Positions 50,893 through 62,625 of a stretch of 64,000 bases of DNA are shown here, piece after piece. The first letter of the stretch is position 1; each line of letters opens with the position of its first letter. This DNA comes from Sphagnum compactum (taxonomy: Eukaryota): assembly GCA_965153455.1 (NCBI GenBank), contig OZ234493.1:28262213-28326212 (forward strand), written 5' to 3'. Below the pieces are notes generated by a model. That model did not search any database. It saw only the letters and a program-made list of their open reading frames with translations, and was not told the DNA's origin. A program made the translations under genes and the position numbers.

Positions 50893-53800
50893 ATGGCTCG
50901 GGTAAGATACCTTCTTGTCCTTCTTCTGTATCCTGCAAATGATGGATTTTGGCTTCCCTTCTCACGATCTGCAATGGGTTTCAGCCTTTTGCTGCGAACT
51001 GGAAATAATTTCCTATCTTGTGGATTCCTACCCCTTCCGCCCTAATTTTCTTCAGATGTTGCCCGCTTCTGATCTGAACTGAGGGTTTATCATCTTCTTA
51101 GGTCTTGAACTTTGATCCATCTAGAAGAAAAAAAGTCCTTTCTTTTTTCAAAATTTCAATTCATCGTCTCCATCTGTGATTTCAGCTTTTCTTATGACAT
51201 TCTGCATGTAAGCTGAAGTTTTTCTTTGTGATCTCTGATCATTTTTCCAGACACTTAAATTGGGTCTAAACTATGCCAAAACATCATTGCCATTCAGTCT
51301 TTTGTTTTTTGCCGATGGGATTTTCCCACATATTCTCATGATCTTGTGAAACTAATTTTTTGGTTCCTTGATTTCTCTGGATACCAAGATTGGGGGGTTT
51401 TTCTTTTTTTTCCCCCCTCTCCCAAGCTTTTGGGTTTTAGTTTTTCCATCTTGATTTGAACTGGTGCATTTTCTAGATCTTGCCATTGTTAAAATTCCAG
51501 ATGAAATTCATCACAGTTGTTTTGGGGGTGATCATTGTTGCTGCAATGTACATGCTGCAATTTATCCCAGGAATTTCTGCTCTTACCTACTAGTAGTGGG
51601 ATTCATATTGTTGTTAAGGGCACCAAGATTGTTTTGCTCTGAGGCCCCTCAATCTACTGACTGCAAATCAGGAATTGCCAAGTGCTATTGGCACCGTTCC
51701 TGAATCTTAGAAACTAGGTGATGACAACAAATTCAGAAATTGCAATTGGATTTTGTAGGGAGCAAGATTCTTACTGGAGCAAGCAAAGAAGGCTGGACAT
51801 GCAGCGAGATATGCTCGTTCATATCAAACCACAGTTACTAAAGTCAACACGGTAGGTGAAATCTATTGTGATTTGTGTGCAATTCCACTGCAACTCTCAT
51901 GTTAAATCATTTCCGTTTGAAACTGGCACTATTTGTCCTTAAAGCAAAGCATTGTTTTCAGCTATTGCTTCTTTGCAGGACTTGCGATCACGGCTCGAAG
52001 AGTTGGTCCCACAAGAGCGGGTGAGAGTCTCTTTCCTTTTGCATTTTCTGTCCCTTGACTGCTTGCTGGTTGTCCATGTGAAAAAATGCAATCTGTCTTT
52101 CCCATAGGTGATGATCTGTTGGGCTTTGGAGAGCTAATGTGAAGGACGTACCACAGGAACGGCTGAAGGAGATAAAATCCAAGTATGGCAAAGTCTCTCT
52201 TGGTGACACTACTGTCGACATGGTATGCCATTCAATACAGTTCTGGTTTTAACTTCAGTTAGATCACAACATTAATGACAATGAAAATCTGAACCACCCA
52301 TAAATCTTAGTTCCCTACATTAAAAGCGCATAGCTATAACAGACATGTGAAACCCTAATTTGTGTTTTTCCTATTGTTTCTGGGAAGAAATGAGTTTACT
52401 TTCACAGGCTTGTTGCAGCTTGAATGAGGCTACTATTGACTTCTTTTATTAGCTCTGTCTGTTGAGTGCTAGCCAAACATCATGACTGAGTCATCCTGTT
52501 GCTTCTGGAAATGCAACAGAAACTCACGATGGAGATGTTTGCCCAAAAAATTTCAGCTGATCATTTTTTATGTATTGACACCCACCGTCAGGATCCTGTA
52601 AAGTTAGTGTGCAGACATGGCAGCTGGTCACTGCTATTTTAAATCTGACACTTTGTGAGCAACTCTCACAAGGTTATGACCACACCCATTTTTGTGTTAC
52701 ATTCAAAGTGTTCTGGTGGAGATTTCTCTGCAATCTCATAGATATATTACATTTCCTGATTATGTAACTCACATGCAGGCCATTGGAGGAATGCGAGGTA
52801 TCAAAGGCATGCTTTGGGAGACGTCCCTCCTTGATCCTGATGAGGCACGTCCCCCTGTATTTTCAACATTTAAGTTTTATACAAAGACTTGCAGCCTGTA
52901 TCTTTTCCTTTCCCTACCATTTTGAAGAAGCCCCATGTCGAGGCTCAAGTATCCACAAACATTTTTCCACTGTGGCTTATTGAACATATGGTACTTCCAC
53001 AGAGACTCTCCATGCACGCACTCCTGCATGGGCCTTTTGAACTATATCTATATTGATGGCAACTAATATAAACATTTCCTGCAGGGGATCCGCTTCAGGG
53101 GCCTTTCAATTCCTGAGTGCCAAGCAAAGCTTCCAGCTGCCAAAAAGGGTGGCGAACCACTCCCTGAAGGTTTTCTCTGGCTGCTAGCCACTGGAGAGGT
53201 AACATCATTTGTTTCACTATTACTTAGGATTTGTTGATTTTACCACTGTGCTGATTGTTGGGTAGAGTCAGTTCATTCTCAACAGTGATACTTGTTGGTT
53301 GAAATCTGCCTTTGTTAATCAAAATCTGTTGGTCTATACATGATCAGCTGGTAGAATCATTCTTAAAAAGCTGCTCGATGTCGATTGAGTCCAATTAATG
53401 GTTTCAAACAGCATTGCACAGTTAGTTACTTAGAGCAGTTCCACCCATTCTCAGTATGTGGCTCTGCATTAGTATTTCTCACATCCAAGGTTAGTTGGTT
53501 ATGCTTCCTCGACCTCATCTATAAAACTAAAACTGGGACTGCAAATGTTGGGAGACTACTAATACCAACCCACCTGGACCAATCAAACAGTCTGGCCAAT
53601 CACCAGCAGGTGTTAGACTTTCCTGTGCCTTTTGCCAGCCTCAGCATCCTGTGCAAAAATCATTTTACTGAGCCAAACCAGCATGTTTTGACGACTCTTC
53701 ATCCCAAATTTACTGTACAGTGCACTGGTGGAGTTGCTCTTATGATCTCACATATTGGTGTCATGTATAGCTAGTCATATTGAAGGATGACCTCATGGTT

Positions 53801-56800
53801 TTTCCTTATCTTGTCACAATCTTTGAAATGGAACTCTGTAATTGAGCACTGCTTCAGGGCAATATTGTGAAATGACGAACTTCATGAAATGACAGGTACC
53901 CACTAAGGAGCAAGTTGATGCAGTGACTGCAGATTTGCAATCCCGCTCCAAAGTGCCAGGTGGGTCTTCAGGTCTCTAAATGGAGGTATTCCTCTGCTGA
54001 TTATACAAAGTTAGGGAAGTAGTAAGTTCTCATGCCTAAATCCTTAGCCCTAAACCCACTACATCAGCAAGGATAAAAACTTGTGTTGTCAGATTAGAAG
54101 CTTTATCCCTGGCATCCTTTCTGTACTGCAATGCGCTTTATTTGCTTATTATGTGAGGACTGCTGGAAAGAATATTTTTTAGTTTTCTTTCAAAATCTTG
54201 AAATCCATTTGCAGAATAAGCATGTGTGTAAAACAGACGGTTCCATACAGGGCATGTATTTGATGTGATAAATGCACTCCCGAAGACTGCACATCCAATG
54301 ACACAACTGACAGCTGGCATCATGGCTCTCCAGGTGTGCCTCCCGAGTACTCCATTTCTACAACGTCATCTTTTGCTACTGCCTAAAACTTCACTTTCAT
54401 TCTTACTCTATGTTTCTGACAATACCTTGCAATCTGATGTATGCAGACTGAAAGTGAATTTGCGAAGGCTTACGAAACAGGACTTAACAAGACCAAGTGA
54501 GCAGTTTATTGGAAAAATAAGCAGTTTATTCGTGATTTTGCTTTGCTTATTTGGCCATTTGCATCTAGACTGGAATGTGAAGGTGCCAACTTTCAGCTAT
54601 TATAATAATGGTTCTGTGTTGGCAGATACTGGGAGCCCACATATGAGGATGCAATGAATCTGATTTCACGTCTACCTGAGGTTGCAGCCTACATCTACCG
54701 TAGGTATGTATCTCTTGTAAGGGCTTGAGAGTTTTGTGGGTCAGTGCTTAGAGTTACACCCTGAACCCAAGAATGAACCCTGCACTCTAGAGCGCTTCAC
54801 AACATATTAAGGTGTGAAAACCATGAACAGTAATTGCTTGAAATCCACCATGTGATTTTCTTAGGCCCTATAAGTTGAAAGAATGTGCAATGTTGGGAAA
54901 ACACCTTTATCTTTGGATTTTTGTTTCTTTAGAGTGAATTGAGAGGAAGGAATGAGGAAGCTTGTCTGCAATTCTGATAAAGAATCAAAGGTGTTGCAGG
55001 ATATATAAGGGAGGCGAGTTGCATGGGGCAGATCCCAATCTGGACTATGCTGCAAATTTTGCACACATGCTTGGGTTTCAAGATGACATCATGCATGAAC
55101 TGATGCGCTTATACATTAGCATTCACAGGTTATGTTTGGGGTCTGTTTTGAAAGAAATAAAATTGCCACTTTCTACTGGACCTGTAAGCGTTTTAGGGTT
55201 CAGTAAAATGAAAATAATGTGGAAGTAAATCCCACCATATCATGGCTGGTATCTGAGTGATGTGGATGCATTGGTGGCAGTGATCATGAGGGAGGGAATG
55301 TGAGCGCTCACACTGTACACCTTGTAAGTGCAGTTTTTTCTTCAGTGTATCTTTCTCTGTCTATAAACCCTAAACCTGGGGCTGTCAACTGGATGTCATT
55401 GTTTTCTGAGCTATACATTTTGGGTTGTGAAAGTTGATTCTGTTCTGAACAGAAACCTTTCTGGTTGATTAGACTTCAGATCTCTACTGAACCTTCAAAT
55501 CCACCTCAAAACCCTAATCGCTAAACCCAGCCTTCAAATCCACCACACAGATGATCTGCAATGTTGAACCCAGCCTAACTGCCCACTCATAATCCTATAT
55601 CCTGATAACTAGGCTCTGTTCTTCACTGCAAGATCTTCAATGTAAACTCAGGAGTCTTCTTGTTGTTAGTCAGCCTGTTGAGCATTTGAAGACTGTGGTT
55701 TGGTTCTCAGGTTGGAAGTGCTTTGTCAGACCCATATCTCTCCTTTGCTGCTGGAGTGAATGGCTTGGCTGGTCCCCTTCATGGCCTTGCTAATCAGGTA
55801 CTTACCTATCAACATCTCTCTACATCATGTATTTGCTGGTCTTTGACTTCTAGGGGCATTCTTGGCCAAGCCATTTGGGCATGGGCTTGATGCTATATTG
55901 GCCAAAACATCCTATGGGGTTTACTGATATGTGGAAAGGTGGCAGGAAGTTCTGAGGTGGATTCAAGAAGTAGTGGCAGAGATTGGAAGTGATGTCACCC
56001 CTGAGCAGCTCGCTGATTATGTTCACAAAACCTTGAAGAGTGGCAAGGTTAGGATGCAAGCCCCTCAAAGCCCTGTGGACAGTAATTTTCATTAGGAGCA
56101 TGTCCTGTAACTGTTTAATAGAGTGTGGATGCTTCTCCTCTGCCGTCAAGACTGAATTCTAGGCTATTCAATCAAGAGCTACCTTTACTTGATCTAGATC
56201 ACTCTGCCACTGTTGTGTACCTGAGAAAGTGCTCTTTATACGATCAGTGTTTGGGTTTAGGGTTTAGGATATGAGCAAGTTGCATAGGGAATTGGTTGTA
56301 TACTTATTTGTATGTGTTCTCTTGGTGGACTCTCTCATCCATGAGTAGAAGACTGACATTGATGGATCCTGGGTATAGGTGGTGCCTGGCTTTGGACATG
56401 CAGTGCTGCGAAAGACAGATCCTCGTTACATTTGCCAGCGTGAATTTGCCCTCAAGCATCTTCCCAATGATCCCATGTTTAAAATGGTAACCCTAAACCC
56501 TTAACCGTAAACCCCCTCTGCCACATGGTTTTGATTGAAAACTCATGACTATACTATAGACAAGAGCATAGATAATTGCAAAGTGATCAGTCACAGGAGC
56601 TCCAAGTTTTGCTATGATCCAGTGTTTTTGTGGGTTTGTTTTCCTCAGGTCTCAAAGTTGTATGAGGTTGTTCCCCCAATTTTGCTGGCAGGTGGCAAGG
56701 TAAATGGGTCAAACATTGAGACCTGGATATGGTAGTCGTTTTTTTGTCTTCTCACATGCTACCATTTCTTTCTTGACATCTTGGAACATGGGCTCTGAAA

Positions 56801-57758
56801 TTGAACTGCTTGGGGTCATCATGTGAAGATGTACTGTGATTAGGGACTCTACACAACAGCAAATGTCTGTCTTTGAAACAGGATTTGAAATAAATCCTTA
56901 CATATGTGATTTCAGATGGGGAAGCTCTTTGCATTAATCTCACTACGATCCACGAATAGTCTCCATCTCATAAGATGATACTCTTTACTCAAAAACAAAG
57001 TCCTACTCTTGAATCAATAGTGCTGGCAGCTGAAGGCAAGATTGGGATACTGAATAATGAGTGGGATTGCAGGTGAAGAATCCCTACCCCAATGTGGATG
57101 CACACAGTGGTGTCTTACTTCAATACTTTGGCCTGACAGAACAGAAGTAAGTTCTCCTCTAAATGCTTTGGTATCTCACAGGAGACATTCTCATTTGACA
57201 TCAGATCTAAATAATTCAGTATGACATCTTGATTAGGATGAAGCAGCAGAAGGAGCTTTTTGTTCATTGGGCTGTTGGGAATGCTTGGTGTTATTTGCTG
57301 CAGTTATTATACTGTGCTATTTGGAGTGGCTCGATCCTTGGGTGTACTTTCTCAAGTAAGTTGGCAAATGGTTTGAAACAATTCTGCAACTGGAAAAATG
57401 AGATCATTATATTGCAAGTTCCCAGATCTTTGGGTCACATTTACAAGCATTCCCTCACTTTCTGTTTGAGGGAAACTGCAAAGTTTACTAACAATCTGCT
57501 GATTTCTACTTAATATGTAGTACACATCTGAGCCTTTATGAAACCATGAAAAGTCTGCTTGTGACTATAATGACATCAAGAAGTTCATTATTGGAGTGAG
57601 TCCCCGACTTTAAATTTCAGATCAGTTAACTGTGTTGTTGTTACCTTGTTTTTTTGCAGCTGATTTGGGACCGTGCACTGGGCCTTCCAATTGAGAGACC
57701 CAAGAGTATGACTTTTGAGTACATTGAAAACTACTGCAAATCCAAAGCCACAGCCTAG
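50893..57758 (+). CDS. CSY: Mitochondrial citrate synthase, 19 exons
   Basis: Exons 50893-50901, 51759-51851 (transit-peptide-like), 51979-52020, 52157-52222, 52779-52844, 53085-53198, 53896-53959, 54251-54333, 54447-54496, 54626-54702, 55000-55128, 55281-55323, 55711-55797, 55946-56047, 56379-56486, 56649-56699, 57073-57146, 57304-57355, 57660-57758. Motifs [70 protein letters not shown]. Confidence 0.95.
52430..52680 (+). repeat. Dispersed repeat family X copy in citrate synthase intron 4
   Basis: Near-identical blocks to 5488-5760 (tactattgactt..gagtgctagccaa.catcatgactgagtc.tcctgttgct). Confidence 0.85.
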
Positions 57759-58272
57759 GGCTTAAGATCAAGATTTTTGGAGGTCCCAAATGCAAGGCCC
57801 TACTAGGGTTGCCATAAGTTTAAGATAGTGGCAACCCTAGCAGGACTTTGACCTACTCAGCTTCTTGAGTTGTGCGAAACCAGTTCTGCACTTTCAAATA
57901 ATTTGAAATAATGATCACCCAATTGCATGGGCTTTGTGGGTGGAAATGAATCTGAATGTTGCTGATGCTCTTGCTCAAGAGATCAGTGCAAAGGTGAACA
58001 ATTATTCAACATGCAGTTGAATTTGTTGTGGGAGATCTGATGGTGGGAATTCCAAACCTAATTCCAGTAAGTAATCTCCTTGATTCTACCAATATCTCTC
58101 ACCCAAAACCATAATAGATTCCTAGACTTCTTTCCCTGCTCTTCTTTGTCTTTGTTTTTCTTTCTTGTCAATCTGGGCATCCAAGGTGCATAAGAAGAGA
58201 TGGTGATGATGAGTGCTTATTACAAATGGCCTGACATGAGACCCAAAAATTGTAGCCCCATTTTTTCACATT

Positions 58273-58593
58273 TGGGAAGACCCTATCATAGCAATGGGCA
58301 AAAAATCCAAACACATTCTAAGATAGAATTTTGCTCCACTACAATTCGGATTTGAATAGACTATTGCGTTGTGTGGGAGAGACCTGCGTGAGGCTTGGAG
58401 ACAAGATGGGCAAATATAAAACATAGCACTTCATGATTCTGCGGTGTTTTATGTTGTGCGCACTTTGAATAAGTTTGGCACATTTGTGGAGGACACTATA
58501 CTTGTAGAAAGCACTATACAAATGCAAAAACACCTTTGCCATCATTCATTTACCTTCACTAAGTGTTGGATGTTGTTGAAGGACATGTCATGG
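58273..58593 (+). mobile_element. PIF/Harbinger-type Myb/SANT (NAM-associated) ORF relic
   Basis: Frameshifted WEDPII..NGQK..NTF*DRILLHYN..ERPA*GLETRWANIKHSTS*FCGV..FTFTKCWMLLKDMSW matches the pattern DPIxGNxQ..FWxRI..RW..KFCG..FxxxHCWxxLK..W of Harbinger ORF1. Confidence 0.72.
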
Positions 58594-59073
58594 TGAGGCG
58601 ATGAGTGAAAGGAACATTAGAAGGACTCCACCCATAAAGCTAAAGAATGTTGATTTTGGGCATTTTTGACACTACACGAAAAGAAGAAGAAGGAGCAAGG
58701 ATCTATGACTAAATCTATGTGATTGCATTTGTAATCAATATATGCGACAAGACTAAATGGGTCCATAGTCACATTAGACTTGTTGATTTGACGACAATAT
58801 GTACAACTAGGTCGATGTGGAAAAACTTAGTGTTTAGCAAAACAATTTATGATACTAATAAGTTCTAAAATTTTAGTTCATCTTGGCCTTTAGGGTTAGG
58901 GTACCAGAGACTTTCCTGTCTTAGCTTACTTAGGGTCCCTGTTGCTTGTCCTTGTGGGTTGCTTTATTTGTACCTGACAAGTTCTCTATTGGGTGCATTG
59001 AATTTTTTGTCATTGAATTTTCTCCTGTGCACTTAATATAAATAAATAAATAAATAAATAAAAATAAATAAAT

Positions 59074-60255
59074 AAACAAGGGATGTGTCAGTCACACACT
59101 TGTGGCCTTGCCATTTACATTAAAAAGTATCTTAAGAAGGCAAAAAGAAGAACTATGGAAACTCAAATATATTTCACCATGCGAAAATTATAATCTTCTA
59201 ACAATCGTCTAAAAAGAAACCAAAAAATCCTTCAATGTATTACTATAACTCTATAATAATAACTAATCTCAAGTTTCAACACAAGCCAAAAATATCACCT
59301 TTCAAAAATCCTCATATAATAAAAATAGAGCCTATTATTGTTATTATTATTACCTAGGGGCCTATAAAAATCCCTTAAGCTACTATTACTCTATAATGAA
59401 CCCAAACACAATATCCTTAAGGGTCTTGGCAGGCAAGGCCAAAAAATCCAAGGCAAGAAGGATATTGTGTTTAGATTCATTATAGAGAGTATAGTAGCTT
59501 TAAGGGATTTTTATAGGCCCCTACTAGGTAATAATAATAATAATAATAATCATAGGCTCTATTTTATATAAATGAGGCATTTTTGAAAGATGATATTTTT
59601 TGGCTTGTGTTGAAACTTGAGATTAGTTATTATTATAGAGTTATAATAATAATATCTTGAAGGATTTTGGGTTTCTTTATTTTAGAGGATCGTTTTGAAG
59701 ATTTAGGGTTTAGGGTGAAATATATTTCACCTTAAACCCATATTTTTGCATGGGTGAAATATATTTGAGTTTCCATAGTTCTTCTTTTTTGCCTTGTGTT
59801 GAAACTTGAGATTAGTTATTATTATAGAGTTATAATGATAATATCTTGAAGGATTTTGGGTTTCTTTATTTTAGAGGATTGTTTTGAAGATTTAGGGTTT
59901 AGGGTTTAGGGTGAAATATATTTCACCCTAAACCCATATTTTTGCATGGGTGAAATATATTTGAGTTTCCATAGTTCTTCTTTTTGCCTTGTGTTGAAAC
60001 TTGAGATTAGTTATTATTATAGAGTTATATAATAATATCTTGATGGATTTTGGGTTTCTTTATTTTAGAGGATTGTTTTGAAGATTTAGGGTTTAGGGTT
60101 TAGGGTGAAATATATTTCACCCTAAACCCATATTTTTGCATGGGTGAAATATTATTTGAGTTTCCATAGTTCTTCTTTTTTTGCCTTCTTAAGATACTTT
60201 TTTAAAATATAAAAGGCAAGGCCACAAGTGTGTGACTGACACACCCCTCTTGTTT
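59074..60255. mobile_element. Foldback/MITE-like long inverted repeat with a triplicated segment in the right arm
   Basis: Left arm 59074-59418 is the reverse complement of the right arm 59458-60255 (termini aaacaagggatgtgtcagtcacacacttgtggccttgcc and ggcaaggccacaagtgtgtgactgacacacccctcttgttt). The right arm has three ~190-197-bp units starting at 59604, 59793 and 59988. Confidence 0.9.
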
Positions 60256-60696
60256 TAAGGTCAGAGAGAATCAGCACATTCACATAAATGAAACTGACCT
60301 AAATAAAAGAAGGCTGACCTAAATAAAAGAAACTGACCTATATGTCCATAAGCTACAGACAAACTCTTCATGCATCTGGGTATCACCTCACTTAACCACA
60401 GTTAAAAGGATTGCAGATCCAGAGTCCTATATGGGCAACATGCAATGGCAATTCAACATGGTGTGATGAAGCAAACAGAATGATAGCATTTATTTGAGTA
60501 CAAACATATATATATATATATTTGTTTTTTTTGGGCTTTTTTATCCAAATTTTGGATCCAATGAACTAACTCTGCATGGCTAGCTAGTTCTTCAACCCAT
60601 AGTTGATATTGTAGCCAGCATTCTTGCTTATGTGGCAACACATCATTGGCTTATTTAAGGCTAGAGTGAATCCATACCCATGAATACATCATCCCC

Positions 60697-60761
60697 ATGG
60701 ATGGATGGATGGATGGATAGATGGATGGATGGATAGATGGATGGATAGATGGATGGATGGA
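60697..60761. repeat. (ATGG)n/(ATAG) microsatellite
   Basis: Direct reading of the sequence. Confidence 0.95.
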
Positions 60762-61110
60762 TATTTAGGTCCTCAATTATATATCACATATTTTTGCTTG
60801 CTGCCTTCTGGCATTTTCGTACTTTCTTAATTCCTTCTTGCACATTCATTCGACAAGGCTGATCAGCTGAGCCTCATAACTTAGCCTTTGGGGTGTGTTC
60901 ATAATTGGTGGTGTGCTCAGCAATCATCCCACTCATGAATTGACCATGTTGGTAACCAAGAGGGCTCGATCGAGCGCACTTGTTGCCACACATAGATAGT
61001 CAAGGCATGTTATGCACTTGCAAAACTTGTGCACCTTGCAAAATACTACACATCTCACACTTACCTTCCGTGTTTGTTACCGGGTGTTTCTTTTTATGTT
61101 TTTAAATTTG

Positions 61111-61174
61111 TAGCATGATTGGCAAGGGGAATGTGAGAAGGTAGAGCATAACATTCCCCTTGCCAATCATGCTA
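61111..61174. repeat. Perfect 24-bp inverted repeat with a 16-nt loop
   Basis: tagcatgattggcaaggggaatgt-N16-acattccccttgccaatcatgcta. Confidence 0.95.
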
Positions 61175-61994
61175 TTTATGATTATAAAGGTATTATATAA
61201 AGGCAAGGGGAAGGTTATTTGGAGAAAGAAAATATTTGGCTATTGGTGTTGGTTATATTGCAAAAGTAGAAGTGTAAATTACAAAGTTACACAATGATTC
61301 ATGAAGCAAATGAACCTTCCATTGTTGTAGAGAGCTTTGGCAATAAAAAACATCACATTGTGACAACATGTTAATGTATGTAAAGAAGTTTTTGGTTGGT
61401 GAAACGAAAGTCACGATCATCAAAATTGAAGGCTCCTTTGTCTTTAGCCGATTCACGGATGGATGCAACGAAACTAACAATTGAAATCAAAGAGAAAAAA
61501 AAGAAGGCTTCTCCTTCTTGATCAAGCTTGAAAATGGCAAACCCTAACCCTAGGGAGGAGCCATTTGGCATATCCATATCTAAGGTAGGGAGGGGTCACA
61601 TGATGCCAACATGCGTCTATTTCTAATGGGCTCTCTTGGCCATGGTTACTAGCCATAATGGAATATTGGGCAAATTTTCTAAGAAAAACTTAATTTTTTT
61701 TCAAGCTTACAAGTAGCCAACCCCTTTTAGAAATAAGAATTTGGCTACAATGAGTCGGGTTCTATTTGAACTTTACATTTGCTAAGATCACTTATCTTGT
61801 TGTTAATATGTGTAAATATTATTAATTAAAACATAAAATTTATTTTATTAATTAAATAAAAAGTTGTTAATTAGTCTCATTATATTAATGTAGACATGTG
61901 ATTTAATGGTTAAGCCATCACAACATAAACCAAGTGATTTTGGGTTTAAACCTTGGGTAACCTTTTTAGTAAAAAGGAAAATGAATTTTGATAA

Positions 61995-62625
61995 TTGATT
62001 TTGTGAGAACCAACTGACTCCTTTGAGAATCAATCAAAATTAAGAAAAAATAAAAATAAATCTTATACCCCTATCAGTTCTCACAAACCCAATTTTTATT
62101 TAATTTTGTGAGAATCAACTCTTTTCAGAATCAATCAATCAATTTAAAAAAAAATAAAATAAAAATCTTATACCCTAATCAGTTCTCACAAACCCAAATT
62201 TCTATTATTTTTGTGAGAACCGACTCATTTGTGAATCAATCAATTTAAAAAATAAAAATAAAATCTTATACCCTAATCAGTTCTCACAAACCCAAATTTC
62301 TATTTATTTTTGTGAGAACCGACTCATTTGTGAATCAATCAATTTTTTTAAAAATAAAAAAAAACTTATACCCTAATCAGTTCTCATAAACACAAATTTT
62401 ATTTATTTATTCTGAGAACCGACTCCTTTGTGAATCAATCAATTTTTTTTATAAAAAAAATATATTATACCTGAATCAAACCTCACAAACCCAGATTTTT
62501 ATTTATTTATAAAAGAGCGAACTCCTTTGTAAATCAACCAATTTTTTAATAAAAAATATGTATTATAACCAGTCCTCACACACCCAAATTTTATTTATCA
62601 TTTAAAGAATTGATTCAATTCTCAC
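61995..62625. repeat. Tandem array of ~6-7 units of ~97 bp
   Basis: Repeated ttttgtgagaaccgactc.tttgtgaatcaatcaattt..aaaatcttataccctaatcagttctcacaaacccaaattt. Each unit contains an ttctcacaaa/tttgtgagaa inverted pair. Followed by ..acaCTAGt (possible Helitron end). Confidence 0.9.

Noticed and set aside
61253-61577. Short minus-strand ORFs, and likewise the ORF at 63653-63853
   Set aside because: Possibly decayed coding fragments, but no family could be recognised.
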